From Chamaesiphon sp. (GTDB lineage Bacteria > Cyanobacteriota > Cyanobacteriia > Cyanobacteriales > Chamaesiphonaceae), in the NCBI GenBank assembly GCA_965246715.1, contig CBDFFH010000046.1, positions 1 to 64,000 on the forward strand: a stretch of 64,000 bases of DNA, in the 5' to 3' direction. The translations under genes and the position numbers were made by a program. Positions within the stretch are counted from its first letter, which is position 1. Every line of letters starts with the position of its first letter. Under the pieces are notes generated by a model, which saw only the letters and a list, made by a program, of their open reading frames with translations, had not been told where the DNA came from and ran no database searches. Of this stretch, positions 51,459-61,004 are shown piece by piece.

Positions 51459-53600
51459 ATGTCCCGTTCTCCTTGGGTTTTGACTGCGGCGTTGGTGGGG
51501 ACGAGTATAATATTGGTGCAGCCTGCGGTAATGGCGGCAAAGTCGGCGGCGGAAGTAGAAAAGATCGCGAAGGGCGTGACAGTCGAGATTCGATTGCAGC
51601 AAGATAGTAGCGTCGGTTCGGGGATAATTATCGCTCGTCAAGGCGATCTGTATACGATCGCCACCAATCGGCATGTAGTTTGTGGTAGTCAGCGACGCGA
51701 TCGAGTACCAGCGGGAGAGAGTTACGAGCTGGGATTGATTGACGGACAAAAATACCGAGTCACAGCCAATAGCGTCAAACTCATCGGTACCGATCTCGAT
51801 CTGGCGATCGTCCAATTTCGGAGTAGCCGCAAGCATCAAGTAGCACAGGTAGGTACTGCTAGTGCATTGAAAGTAGATGATGTGGTATATACTGCTGGGT
51901 TTCCGCTCGAACAACCCGGGTTTAGCTTCAATCAGGGAAACGCCTTCGCGGTAGTCGATCGCCGTATTACAGGTGACAGTGGTGGCTATAGCATGATTTA
52001 TGATGCCTTGACACTGCCAGGAATGAGTGGGGGTGGCGTATTCGATGGTGATGGTCGATTGGTCGCTATTCACGGACGAGGAGATCGGTATGGAGAGAAT
52101 ACCGATCTTGATGATGAGACATCCAAAGTCGGCAGCAAAATCGGCTACAACCGAGGCATTCCGATCCGGTGGCTAGTACAAGGTCTTGCCAGTGTGGGGA
52201 TTAACATCGGGGAAAATCGCCCACCCTCCACCTTCATACCCACTAAATCTCAAGTACCAGTAAATGCTGATGAGTACTTTATTGCTGGCTTTAATAAATT
52301 TGTAGAGCCTGGATCCGATCCGATCGCCGGAAAACGCGCAGCCATTCAGGAATTGAGTAAAGCTATTCAAATTAATTCACGATACACGTTTGCTTACTTC
52401 ATTCGTGCCTATGTCTACGCACAGCTTCAAGAGGTTCAGAAGTCTTTAAGTGATTACGATCGAGCGATTGCGCTCGATCCTAAAGTTGCCCTAGTTTACA
52501 ACAATCGGGGCAATCTGAAATCTACCCAACTCAATAATATACAGGGTGCATTAGCCGATTACGATCGCGCCATTACCCTCAATCCTAAAGATGCTCAAGC
52601 CTACAACAATCGTGGCCTTCTGAAATATGAGAAGTTAAATGACAGCCAAGGTGCATTAGCCGATTTCGATCGAGCGATTGCGACCGCGCCTAAACTTGCT
52701 CTAGCCTACAACAATCGCGGCAATCTGAAATATGAGAAGTTAAATGACAGCCAAGGTGCATTAGCTGATTTCGATCGAGCCATCGCCCTCAATCCTAAAG
52801 GTGCCCAAGCTTACAGCAATCGTGGCATTCTGAAATCTGCCAAACTCAATGACAGCCAAGGTGCATTAGCCGATTTCGATCGAGCGATTGCAATCGCGCC
52901 TAAACTTGCTTTAGCCTACAACAATCGCGGCAATCTGAAATATGAGAAGTTAAATGACAGCCAAGGTGCATTAGCTGATTTCGATCGAGCCATTACCCTC
53001 AATCCTAAAGATGCCCAAGCCTACAGCAATCGTGGCGCTCTTAAATATAAAAAGCTCAATGACAGCCAAGGTGCATTAGCCGATTTCGATCGAGCGATTG
53101 CGATCGCTCCTAAACTGGCCACAGCTTACTACAATCGCGGCGCGCTGAAACAGGACAAGCTCAATGACAGTCAGGGTGCATTAGCTGATTTCGATCGAGC
53201 CATTACCCTCAATCCTAAACTTGCCCAAGTCTACTACAATCGTGGCGCTCTGAAATATAAAAAGCTCAATGACAGCCAAGGTGCGCTAGCCGATTACGAT
53301 CGAGCGATCGTCCTCAATCCTCAATATACCGAAGCTTACTACAACCGGGGCAATCTGAAATATGACAAGTTGAATGACAGCCAAGGTGCGTTAGCCGATT
53401 ACGATCGAGCGATCGTCCTCAATCCTCAATATGCTAAAGCCTACAACAATCGTGGCATTCTGAAATATACTAAGCTCAAAGACAAAGCAGGAGCGATCCA
53501 AGATTTTCGTCAAGCAGCAAAGTTATATCGAGGACAAGGACAAACTCAGAATTTACAAAAAGTAGTTGATGTACTACAATTGCTAGGTGCGACAGAATGA
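51459..53600 (+). CDS. trypsin-like serine protease with C-terminal TPR array
   Basis: Triad motifs TNRHVV, DLAIV, GMSGG; about ten 35-aa repeats. Confidence 0.9.
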   Translation: MSRSPWVLTAALVGTSIILVQPAVMAAKSAAEVEKIAKGVTVEIRLQQDSSVGSGIIIARQGDLYTIATNRHVVCGSQRRDRVPAGESYELGLIDGQKYRVTANSVKLIGTDLDLAIVQFRSSRKHQVAQVGTASALKVDDVVYTAGFPLEQPGFSFNQGNAFAVVDRRITGDSGGYSMIYDALTLPGMSGGGVFDGDGRLVAIHGRGDRYGENTDLDDETSKVGSKIGYNRGIPIRWLVQGLASVGINIGENRPPSTFIPTKSQVPVNADEYFIAGFNKFVEPGSDPIAGKRAAIQELSKAIQINSRYTFAYFIRAYVYAQLQEVQKSLSDYDRAIALDPKVALVYNNRGNLKSTQLNNIQGALADYDRAITLNPKDAQAYNNRGLLKYEKLNDSQGALADFDRAIATAPKLALAYNNRGNLKYEKLNDSQGALADFDRAIALNPKGAQAYSNRGILKSAKLNDSQGALADFDRAIAIAPKLALAYNNRGNLKYEKLNDSQGALADFDRAITLNPKDAQAYSNRGALKYKKLNDSQGALADFDRAIAIAPKLATAYYNRGALKQDKLNDSQGALADFDRAITLNPKLAQVYYNRGALKYKKLNDSQGALADYDRAIVLNPQYTEAYYNRGNLKYDKLNDSQGALADYDRAIVLNPQYAKAYNNRGILKYTKLKDKAGAIQDFRQAAKLYRGQGQTQNLQKVVDVLQLLGATE

Positions 53601-53758
53601 CCATCTAATAGCCAGAAAGTAAGCGTGACTAGCCCAGATTACTTGGTTAGTTAGAATTTATCCCCCGATTGTGGAGTTAATAGAAAAAGTTAAACTCCGA
53701 AAAAATATCCTCGACTTCTTGAAGAAGTCGGGGATATTTTCATACTCGAATCTGAATT

Positions 53759-55042
53759 TTATACAGTTGCCGCAACTGGCATAGATAAATGTGGATAGAG
53801 CGGGAATTTATCGCATAGAGCGGCAACGCGACGCAGACAATTAGCACCGACAGCATCATCTTCAGGACTCAACAATCGATCGGCGATAATATTTGCAATC
53901 TCGACAAATTCAGTTTCGCCCATGCCGCGTGTGGTCATTGCTGGCGAACCCAAACGCAAACCACTAGTGACGAACGGGGATTCGGGGTCGAATGGCACGG
54001 TATTTTTATTCGCCGTGATATGTACGTCGCTAACGAGTAAATCTGCTTGCTTACCGGTCATGCCGATCGATCGCAGATCGACTAACATCAGATGATTGTC
54101 AGTCCCATCAGAAACGATTTTAAAGCCGCGTTGTTGCAGTTGACCTGCAAGGGCTTGTGCGTTAGCGATAACGTGGCCGCAATAGGTCTTAAAGCTGGGC
54201 TGGAGCGCTTCGCCAAAGGCAACGGCCTTACCCGCTATCACATGTTCGAGCGGCCCGCCTTGGGTACCGGGGAATACCGCCTTATCAAACTTCTTACCCC
54301 ACTCAGCATCGCGAGTCATAATCAGTCCGCCGCGAGGCCCTCTGAGTGTCTTGTGGGTGGTAGTAGTTACCACGTCGCAATAAGGGATCGGATTGGGATG
54401 GTGTCCGGTGGCAACCAATCCAGCAATGTGGGCGATATCTGCCATCAGTAACGCACCGACTTCATCCGCAATCTCACGGAATTTAGCAAAGTCGATGATG
54501 CGGGGATAGGCAGAGTAACCACAAATCAATAATTTAGGGCGGTGTTGTTTGGCTAAATCCCGAATCTGGTCGTAGTCTAGCTGCTCGGTTGCTTTACTTA
54601 CGCCATAGTTGGAAACTTCAAACCATTTTCCCGATACATTAACTGGAGAACCGTGGGTGAGATGTCCGCCATGGGATAAATCCATCCCCATGATTTTGTC
54701 ACCTGGATTGAGGAGGGTGAGGAAGACAGCAAAATTTGCTTGTGCGCCGGAGTGAGGTTGGACGTTAGCCGCCGCAGCACCGAATAACTGCTTGACTCGA
54801 TCGATCGCGATTTGCTCGATCTCATCGACAAATTCACAACCACCATAGTAACGCTTGGTGGGCAAACCTTCGGCATATTTATTGGTCAACACCGAACCCT
54901 GTGCTGCCATCACCGCAGCAGAGGTGAAGTTCTCACTAGCAATCAGCTCGAGATGACCCCGCTGACGACTTAGCTCCGAACCGATTAAATTTGCGACCGC
55001 TGGATCTGTCTCTGCTAAAAATTCTAAGTTAGTTTTTGCCAT
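53759..55042 (-). CDS. glyA: serine hydroxymethyltransferase
   Basis: [25 protein letters not shown]. Confidence 0.98.
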   Translation of the reverse strand: MAKTNLEFLAETDPAVANLIGSELSRQRGHLELIASENFTSAAVMAAQGSVLTNKYAEGLPTKRYYGGCEFVDEIEQIAIDRVKQLFGAAAANVQPHSGAQANFAVFLTLLNPGDKIMGMDLSHGGHLTHGSPVNVSGKWFEVSNYGVSKATEQLDYDQIRDLAKQHRPKLLICGYSAYPRIIDFAKFREIADEVGALLMADIAHIAGLVATGHHPNPIPYCDVVTTTTHKTLRGPRGGLIMTRDAEWGKKFDKAVFPGTQGGPLEHVIAGKAVAFGEALQPSFKTYCGHVIANAQALAGQLQQRGFKIVSDGTDNHLMLVDLRSIGMTGKQADLLVSDVHITANKNTVPFDPESPFVTSGLRLGSPAMTTRGMGETEFVEIANIIADRLLSPEDDAVGANCLRRVAALCDKFPLYPHLSMPVAATV

Positions 55043-55516
55043 TGTCTAGTCTATTTAGAAGTTAGGTTGGGGTGTGGGGAGGGTGGTGTGGCAAGGGTGT
55101 GGAGGTCGGGAAATTGTGGTATTGGTGGAAAGTTTAACTGTTGTTTTCAGAAGGGGAGGACGATCTCGGACAATTAAAATCTTTTTTTCACTCAGCGCTG
55201 TTCCGACTCTTCTCACCCTCCCCGATCTCCCGATTTCCACTGACTGTCGCCATGCAACTTGCGTTATCTATCATAACTGGTGGATCTCCGGATCGGGGAC
55301 TCGCAAAAAATATCGGCCCGATCTTCATTCGGTTCGATGCTACACTATTCCGATCTTGCGGGCACACTTATACTAAATATAGTAACAATCTACGCAATGT
55401 CGATCGAATCTAGTGTAGAGCTGTTGGTTAAGATCGATATCTAAGTTTATGAATTTTCTCGGACAACGCTGCGGATAAACGCTCGTGAGTCCCTGACCCA
55501 ATGCTGGGGGTGGTGT

Positions 55517-55723
55517 ATGTTAGTAGTCATCATTAACGATCGAATTTTTCCGCCACATCAAGTCTGTCAAGCTTGTCTCCTCGCCGATCGCGATGGTCAA
55601 CCACGCTGGCGACAGGGTAAACTCTGTTGTGGGATGTTAGTCCGCTCGATCGACTGTTGTAGCGAACCTCAACCCGATGCTTATCAGTGTCAGATGGGGT
55701 TTAGGTTGATGGAGGTGGAGTAG
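55517..55723 (+). CDS. small Cys-rich conserved hypothetical protein
   Basis: CQACLLAD..GQPRW..GKL.C...YQCQMGF. Confidence 0.75.
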   Translation: MLVVIINDRIFPPHQVCQACLLADRDGQPRWRQGKLCCGMLVRSIDCCSEPQPDAYQCQMGFRLMEVE

Positions 55724-55755
55724 TGAATAGTGAATAGTGAATAGTGAACAGTGAA
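55721..55755. repeat. heptamer tandem repeat TAGTGAA x5
   Basis: Seen directly. Confidence 0.85.
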
Positions 55756-55878
55756 TTTATAATTATGGTTCGCGATTGGGTGAGAGTATCAATTGAGACA
55801 GACGAGCCATAGTATGAAAGGCATGCAATTAAGTCGCCTGTACCGACTAATTGCGTGCCTTTCACTATTCACTGTTCA

Positions 55879-56556
55879 CTAATTAAACTGCTGACTCAAT
55901 GCCACTGGATTGTGAACGGTGATTTTTTTCTTTTGGATGGAGATGACTTGATTGTCGCCATCGCGCAAATCGCCAAGCAGACGGGTGACGGTGACGCGGG
56001 TAGAACCGATCGCTTCAGCGATCGCTTGATGCGATAATTTAAGATCGATCGTGATGCCATTGCCGTTAGGTACGCCAAAATCGCGACAGAGGATCAGCAG
56101 GAAACTCGCCAACCGCGAACCCATATCGCGATGCGCGAGGGTTTCGATCATCATTTCAGTTTGCAGAATCCGAGAAGATAGACCCCTGAGCATAATCCAG
56201 GATAGCTCGGGATTTTCTCTCAGAGCCTTCTCAAATTGCTCGATCGATACAGATAATAACTCAACAGTAGTAAATGCCACCGCATGATAAAATCTGTCAG
56301 ATTTATTCCCCGTAATCAGCGACAGCACCCCAAAAACACTGTTTTCTCGCAATAGTGCTACCGTAATCTCTTCTCCTGCCTCATACACGCGAGACAATTT
56401 CACCGCACCTTTTGTGAGAAAGTAGACCCGTTCGGCAGGATCGCCAGGAAAGAAAATAGTCTTATTGCGCTCGAATGTCTCTATTACTGGTGGAAATACG
56501 CCTCCAGCCATTTGCTGAAAGATACTAGCGATTGGTTTATCTTGCATCACGACCAT
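55879..56556 (-). CDS. ntcA: global nitrogen regulator
   Basis: [42 protein letters not shown]. Confidence 0.99.
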   Translation of the reverse strand: MVVMQDKPIASIFQQMAGGVFPPVIETFERNKTIFFPGDPAERVYFLTKGAVKLSRVYEAGEEITVALLRENSVFGVLSLITGNKSDRFYHAVAFTTVELLSVSIEQFEKALRENPELSWIMLRGLSSRILQTEMMIETLAHRDMGSRLASFLLILCRDFGVPNGNGITIDLKLSHQAIAEAIGSTRVTVTRLLGDLRDGDNQVISIQKKKITVHNPVALSQQFN

Positions 56557-56698
56557 ATCTATACGCTCTCACTTGGAATATCTAGAATCTCAACCCGATC
56601 TCGCCCAAGCTCGTTAGTGCGGTGGCACGAGTTAGCACTGCGGCACTAAAATGTATCGGTATTACACAATACTTAATCTGACTTGCCCTTAGTTTTTT

Positions 56699-56712
56699 GT
56701 ATCACAGCATAC
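56699..56712. promoter_or_regulatory. NtcA box upstream of ntcA
   Basis: GTA-TCACAGCA-TAC matches GTA-N8-TAC; ntcA autoregulation is established. Confidence 0.65.
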
Positions 56713-56830
56713 CAAGTAAATTATGAGTTATGAGTTGTGAATTATGAATTATGGTTGTCTTCGCCTCTATTCGCCGACTTCCGATCGCTGATATCATGAG
56801 GCTTATGAGTCAAGCTGGAATAAGATTATC

Positions 56831-57607
56831 GTGTTGAATTTAAGCGGAAAAAACGCCTTAGTAACTGGAATTGCTAACAATAAATCGATCGCCTGGGGCA
56901 TCGCGCAACAACTTCACGCTGCTGGTGCGAATATCGGGATTACCTATCTCCCTGACGAGAAAGGGAAAATGGAGCGCAAAGTCAGCGAGCTAGTCGAACC
57001 ATTGAACCCCAGTATTTATTTACCCCTCAATGTTGCCGATGACGCGCAAATCGATGCCGCATTTGCCGAAATTGCGACCAAATGGGAGCAGATCGATATT
57101 CTGATCCACTGTATGGCGTTTGCGAATAGAGAAGATCTCTCTGGGAATTTTAGTAAAACTTCCCGTGCTGGTTTCGTTCAAGCGATGGATATCAGTACCT
57201 ACTCGCTGACGCGGCTGGCTGGTGCGGCAAAACCGCTGATGACAGCAGGCGGAAGTATTATCACATTGACCTATCTCGGTGGTGTAAAAGTAATACCTAA
57301 CTATAACGTGATGGGTATTGCCAAAGCCGGACTAGAGATGAGCGTCCGCTACTTAGCCGCAGAACTCGGCCCACAAAATATCCGCGTTAATGGCATTTCT
57401 GCTGGCCCGATTCGGACATTGGCCTCTTCAGCTGTCGGTGGGATTTTGGATATGATTCACCACGTCGAAGCGGTGGCTCCACTGCGACGCACAGTGACCC
57501 AAACTGAAGTCGGCAATACGGCGGCTTTTTTGTGTAGCGATCTTTCGAGTGGCATTACTGGGCAAATTATCTATGTAGATGCTGGTTATGAAACGATCGG
57601 GATGTAA
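56831..57607 (+). CDS. fabI: enoyl-ACP reductase
   Basis: GIAN.KSIAWGI, YNVMGIAK, ISAGPIRTLAS; divergent from ntcA. Confidence 0.97.
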   Translation: MLNLSGKNALVTGIANNKSIAWGIAQQLHAAGANIGITYLPDEKGKMERKVSELVEPLNPSIYLPLNVADDAQIDAAFAEIATKWEQIDILIHCMAFANREDLSGNFSKTSRAGFVQAMDISTYSLTRLAGAAKPLMTAGGSIITLTYLGGVKVIPNYNVMGIAKAGLEMSVRYLAAELGPQNIRVNGISAGPIRTLASSAVGGILDMIHHVEAVAPLRRTVTQTEVGNTAAFLCSDLSSGITGQIIYVDAGYETIGM

Positions 57608-57644
57608 ATAAACCCAAAATCCACTCCCTCAGTAGAAACACCAA

Positions 57645-57665
57645 AACCCCGCTATAGGCGGGGTT
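57645..57665. terminator. hairpin between fabI and the tRNA-Cys 3' end
   Basis: AACCCCGC-TATAG-GCGGGGTT. Confidence 0.6.
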
Positions 57666-57674
57666 CTCGACTGA

Positions 57675-57720
57675 AGGCAGCACCCAGATTCGAACTGGGG
57701 GATAGAGGTTTTGCAGACCT
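57675..57720 (-). tRNA. 3' fragment of tRNA-Cys(GCA), att-site duplication
   Basis: Minus strand AGGTCTGCAAAACCTCTATCCCCCAGTTCGAATCTGGGTGCTGCCT gives anticodon arm, T arm and 3' acceptor strand; no D arm or 5' strand upstream. Confidence 0.9.
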
Positions 57721-58033
57721 ATAAGAAATGGTTCTGTGAGGGCATTACAGATATTTGAAATCAATGCTACCCCAAACTTACCCCAATCCTGGAAAGTATT
57801 ACAAATATTGGTGCTAAAAAATTGTTCTTGTCTGATGACCAAGATGTTATCCTCGAAGTAGTTATGAATTGGTTTCGATCGCGCTGTTGCAAGCAGTCTT
57901 TCGATCGATCTAGCCCTCGCCTTCACTGGTGGGGGCTATTTCGATTATATGGGTAAAAGGGGTTTTATCAGGGTTGATAGGGCTTTTAAGGGGCAAAGGG
58001 CAGATAATTAGACCTCCAGATAGTTCCCTTTGA

Positions 58034-58582
58034 CTAGCTCTCAGCATCCCTCAGCTTCTCTATCAATTGACGAATTAACAGACCATCCGCTGCTAAATCC
58101 GAACCGGATGCCCCTAATGCCCCGATCGCCTTAATCGAGTTGGGGATTGCCAAGAATAGATCGATGTCCTTTGAATCTAAGACTTCCTTGTCCTCCAAAG
58201 TCTTGGTAATTTTCTCCCCGATCGACAGTAATCTCAAACCCATCTTGAATAGACCGAACCCGATCGTTTCATTGTTCTGGCGAAACTGTTCGAGTTGGCG
58301 ATCGTGTTCCTCAAGGTTCGATCGTCTTACTCGATCTCGTAAGATTGATTCTTCATCCCGATCGAAGTCCTTACAGCGATCGACCCACCGCCAAGTCTTA
58401 GACCACCGCTCGATCCGTGCGATGTTTGGATGGGTCGGGTAATTGTCGGGGGATTGTCGGGGATAAAACTTATTAGCTGTTTTTTCGAGCGATCGAGCTG
58501 CGCCCATATCTCGATATATGGTAAATGCAGCATAGGCTTTAGAGGTTTCCCCATCAGATCGATCGTAACTTTTCTGTGTCAT
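58034..58582 (-). CDS. putative terminase small subunit-like HTH protein, paralogue 1
   Basis: R..GE..KAYAAF.IYRDMG..RSL...A...IERWS..W.WVDR...FD followed by a helical region. Confidence 0.55.
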   Translation of the reverse strand: MTQKSYDRSDGETSKAYAAFTIYRDMGAARSLEKTANKFYPRQSPDNYPTHPNIARIERWSKTWRWVDRCKDFDRDEESILRDRVRRSNLEEHDRQLEQFRQNNETIGFGLFKMGLRLLSIGEKITKTLEDKEVLDSKDIDLFLAIPNSIKAIGALGASGSDLAADGLLIRQLIEKLRDAES

Positions 58583-59160
58583 ATTCTTCCGCTCCGAGCT
58601 TCGATTTCACCCTCAATAGTCCCCAACATTTCCCCGACCACTAATCCCCGTGCGGCAATGTCGGCACCCGAAACCGCCATCGCCATCAGATTTTTAGCAG
58701 CTACTTGAGCCTGACAGAACATCTCCCACTCCTTAGGGTTTATAGACTGGTTGCTAATCATCTTCTGTCGGATGGGTTCGATCGCTTGAGAAATAGATTC
58801 GATCGACTCGATGGCAAATGCTAGACCCGCCATCCCGATCGCCTTCTGTTGTAGATGATAAACCTCCAGATCCTGAATGTATGCTGTTTTCTCATGCTCC
58901 GATCTAAACTGTCTCATCTCCTGTTCTCGATCGTGGTCAAAGTCCTTACAGCGAACGACCCAATCATACTTCGATGACCACTCTTCAATATGCCGCATCC
59001 CTTTCGCGCGACGGACATTCGACGGACATTCGGCGGAATAATATTTTTCAGTAGTAGCCTTTAGAGTTCGCCCGACACCCATATCCCGATAGATGGTAAA
59101 TGCGGCGTAAGCTTTGGAGGTTTCCCCGTCGGATCGATCGTAACTTTTCATGTGCATCAA
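58579..59160 (-). CDS. putative terminase small subunit-like HTH protein, paralogue 2
   Basis: Identical KSYDRSDGETSKAYAAFTIYRDMG N-terminus and IEEWS.KYDWV.RCKDFD; ATGA overlap with paralogue 1; start may be ATG 59151 or 59157. Confidence 0.55.
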   Translation of the reverse strand: MMHMKSYDRSDGETSKAYAAFTIYRDMGVGRTLKATTEKYYSAECPSNVRRAKGMRHIEEWSSKYDWVVRCKDFDHDREQEMRQFRSEHEKTAYIQDLEVYHLQQKAIGMAGLAFAIESIESISQAIEPIRQKMISNQSINPKEWEMFCQAQVAAKNLMAMAVSGADIAARGLVVGEMLGTIEGEIEARSGRI

Positions 59161-59641
59161 ATGTACATCAACTGTACGGTAGGTAGAAAAAACTGGATGC
59201 TTTCTGGATGCTTTCTGGACGGGTTAAAAAGATCCGGCAGTTTTTTTCGGGTTCACGGTGTGAATCAGCGGGTAATTAGCGGGTTTTAAAATATTAGACA
59301 CAGGATTGACACAGGAAAGGCACAGGATTTTGCCCGCGCTTGTTCCTGACAATCGGCGGCGGTACGGGTTTTTTCTTCTTGGGTGGTGGAGGTGGGGTGT
59401 AGGTTCTAAATTATTCATATCCACTCACTTCCTGGCAAAATTCTTATTTCCAGTAAACTCCCAGCCAGTAATACCCCTTTCTGACGCTCGATCGAGCGCG
59501 ATGTCAGCGTTAGCTCTAGTTTTCTCCTTGCTATTCGGCGGCGTTAGCTCGACCAGTTCATGAAAATCAACCCAAGACATCGTTTCTCGTATTTCGCCCT
59601 CTTTTGTAGGTCGATTGCGGGTCGATTGTGGGTCAGACTTT
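59150..59641. repeat. five unrelated 11-bp-period direct-repeat clusters
   Basis: 59150-59182, 59193-59225, 59267-59288, 59297-59329, 59609-59641. Confidence 0.85.
59425..59580 (-). CDS. 51-aa hypothetical protein (below the ORF-track cutoff)
   Basis: MSWVDFHELVELTPPNSKEKTRANADIALDRASERGITGWEFTGNKNFARK; same strand as its neighbours. Confidence 0.35.
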   Translation of the reverse strand: MSWVDFHELVELTPPNSKEKTRANADIALDRASERGITGWEFTGNKNFARK

Positions 59642-59678
59642 TTAAGTTTGGAAGCGATTGAGTCAGTAGCAGTAGTTA

Positions 59679-60200
59679 CTACCCGATCGCTAATGGCTTT
59701 TTTAATTGAGCCACCTCAGTCTCTATAGGTTCTAAGGCTATCTCTATAGATTCGTTAACTAATTTCTGTACCTCATGAATGCCGATCAAGGTGGTGCCCA
59801 ATTTTTCTAGATGCTTATCTATAGCTCCTATCGCCATACATTCCACCGTCTCGATCGGTAAATACCCGGACACATCAGCCGCTTGGGTTCGTTGCATAGA
59901 CGGGAAACCCGTCCGCACGAACTCCGCAATCTGTTTCTCGATCGAGACTCGCACCATCTCATCTATAGATTCTACCGATAATCCTCTAGACACCTCACCA
60001 GGTATAGATGGTCTAGGCGTTTCCTCTATATATATATAGCCTCTATAGATATCCATCGAGTCAGCCGCCAACATTCGATCGATACAGTCGTTCAAAATCC
60101 AGCCCATCGACTGTTTATATCGTCTGGCTAGTTCTGCGAACTTTTCCTTTTTATCCTCATCCACCAGCACGGACAGGATCGGCTTAGTATTTTTCCCCAT
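59679..60200 (-). CDS. ribbon-helix-helix (CopG-like) DNA-binding protein with C-terminal extension
   Basis: PILSVLVDEDKKEKFAELARRYKQSMGWILNDCIDRML; start ATG 60200. Confidence 0.65.
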   Translation of the reverse strand: MGKNTKPILSVLVDEDKKEKFAELARRYKQSMGWILNDCIDRMLAADSMDIYRGYIYIEETPRPSIPGEVSRGLSVESIDEMVRVSIEKQIAEFVRTGFPSMQRTQAADVSGYLPIETVECMAIGAIDKHLEKLGTTLIGIHEVQKLVNESIEIALEPIETEVAQLKKPLAIG

Positions 60201-60505
60201 CACACAACTCCTATATATATCCTCTGTTTTAACACATAATATATAGAGGATATCATTAGACAAGCAAATCCTACATAGCTTCTCGATAGAATAAACTATT
60301 TATATGCCATTCCTATATATAGTCTATTGACATGCAGGATATATAGAGGTATTATGTAGGTAAGGGAATGAGGGCAGCGACCCGACCACCCGCAACGGCT
60401 CAAAATCGCACCAACCGATATACATGACAAAGCGATCGAGTTCCCGCGAAGAAATAACGATCGCCTGTCACACCCAAAACCAATAAGTAAATAGGTTCTT
60501 CAATT

Positions 60506-60943
60506 ATGAAACTGTTAGAAGCTCGTGTAAATGGCAATCCCCGCCAAGTCTCCACCAAGTACGGAGAGAAAGCGGTTCTGGATGTCTCGACCCGTGAAGG
60601 AGAGTTCACCATCTGGCGACCCGCTGGGGACTCTGAGGTGATGGGTCGGATGAATGGAGAACGGGTCAGCATCGCGATCGATAGCAAGGGGAAAGCCTCA
60701 TTGGTCGAACACGCCAGCACTAAGCCCCAACAGGCGCAGATGGGATTCACCGCGCCTGTAGAGACACCCGAAACCACCCGTTCGGCTGAGATAGCTGACT
60801 ACATCCAACGGTTAGGCAAGCTTTACTCGCACTGTCTCAGCACCGCTGCAAATATGCCTACATCAGTCGATCTCAACGCGCCGCAGGTGAAGGATATCGC
60901 CACTACTCTATTCATCCAAACTACCAAACACTTTAATCTCTAA
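60506..60943 (+). CDS. hypothetical protein, possible OB-fold/ssDNA-binding N-domain
   Basis: Beta-rich N-half (V.TKYGEKAVLDV...EFTIW) and helical C-half; followed by a hairpin at 60949-60973. Confidence 0.6.
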   Translation: MKLLEARVNGNPRQVSTKYGEKAVLDVSTREGEFTIWRPAGDSEVMGRMNGERVSIAIDSKGKASLVEHASTKPQQAQMGFTAPVETPETTRSAEIADYIQRLGKLYSHCLSTAANMPTSVDLNAPQVKDIATTLFIQTTKHFNL

Positions 60944-61004
60944 CCTGCTTGGGGTGGGACTTACCCACCCCAATTACCATTAATTAAAACTAGGAATTAA
61001 CAGC

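Noticed and set aside
51324..52073. 249-aa antisense ORF, and similar shadow ORFs such as 9528-10016 and 3013-3528
   Set aside because: They overlap well-supported genes on the opposite strand and show no motifs.
56653..56665. Second NtcA box GTATCGGTATTAC
   Set aside because: The spacing is N7, not N8.
57675..57720. Functional or intron-split tRNA-Cys
   Set aside because: The 5' half is absent, the anticodon loop is uninterrupted and no intron features are visible; an att duplication fits better.
57951..58003. G-run cluster (six GGG tracts) near the element end as a G-quadruplex or another 11-bp triad
   Set aside because: The spacing is irregular and there is no independent support.
59224..59424. 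66-aa ORF as a protein
   Set aside because: It runs through the 11-bp repeat clusters and has atypical composition; the DNA-level pattern explains the region better.
59150..59641. CRISPR array or diversity-generating retroelement
   Set aside because: No constant repeat with unique spacers, no cas or reverse transcriptase gene, and differences between the paralogues are not adenine-specific.
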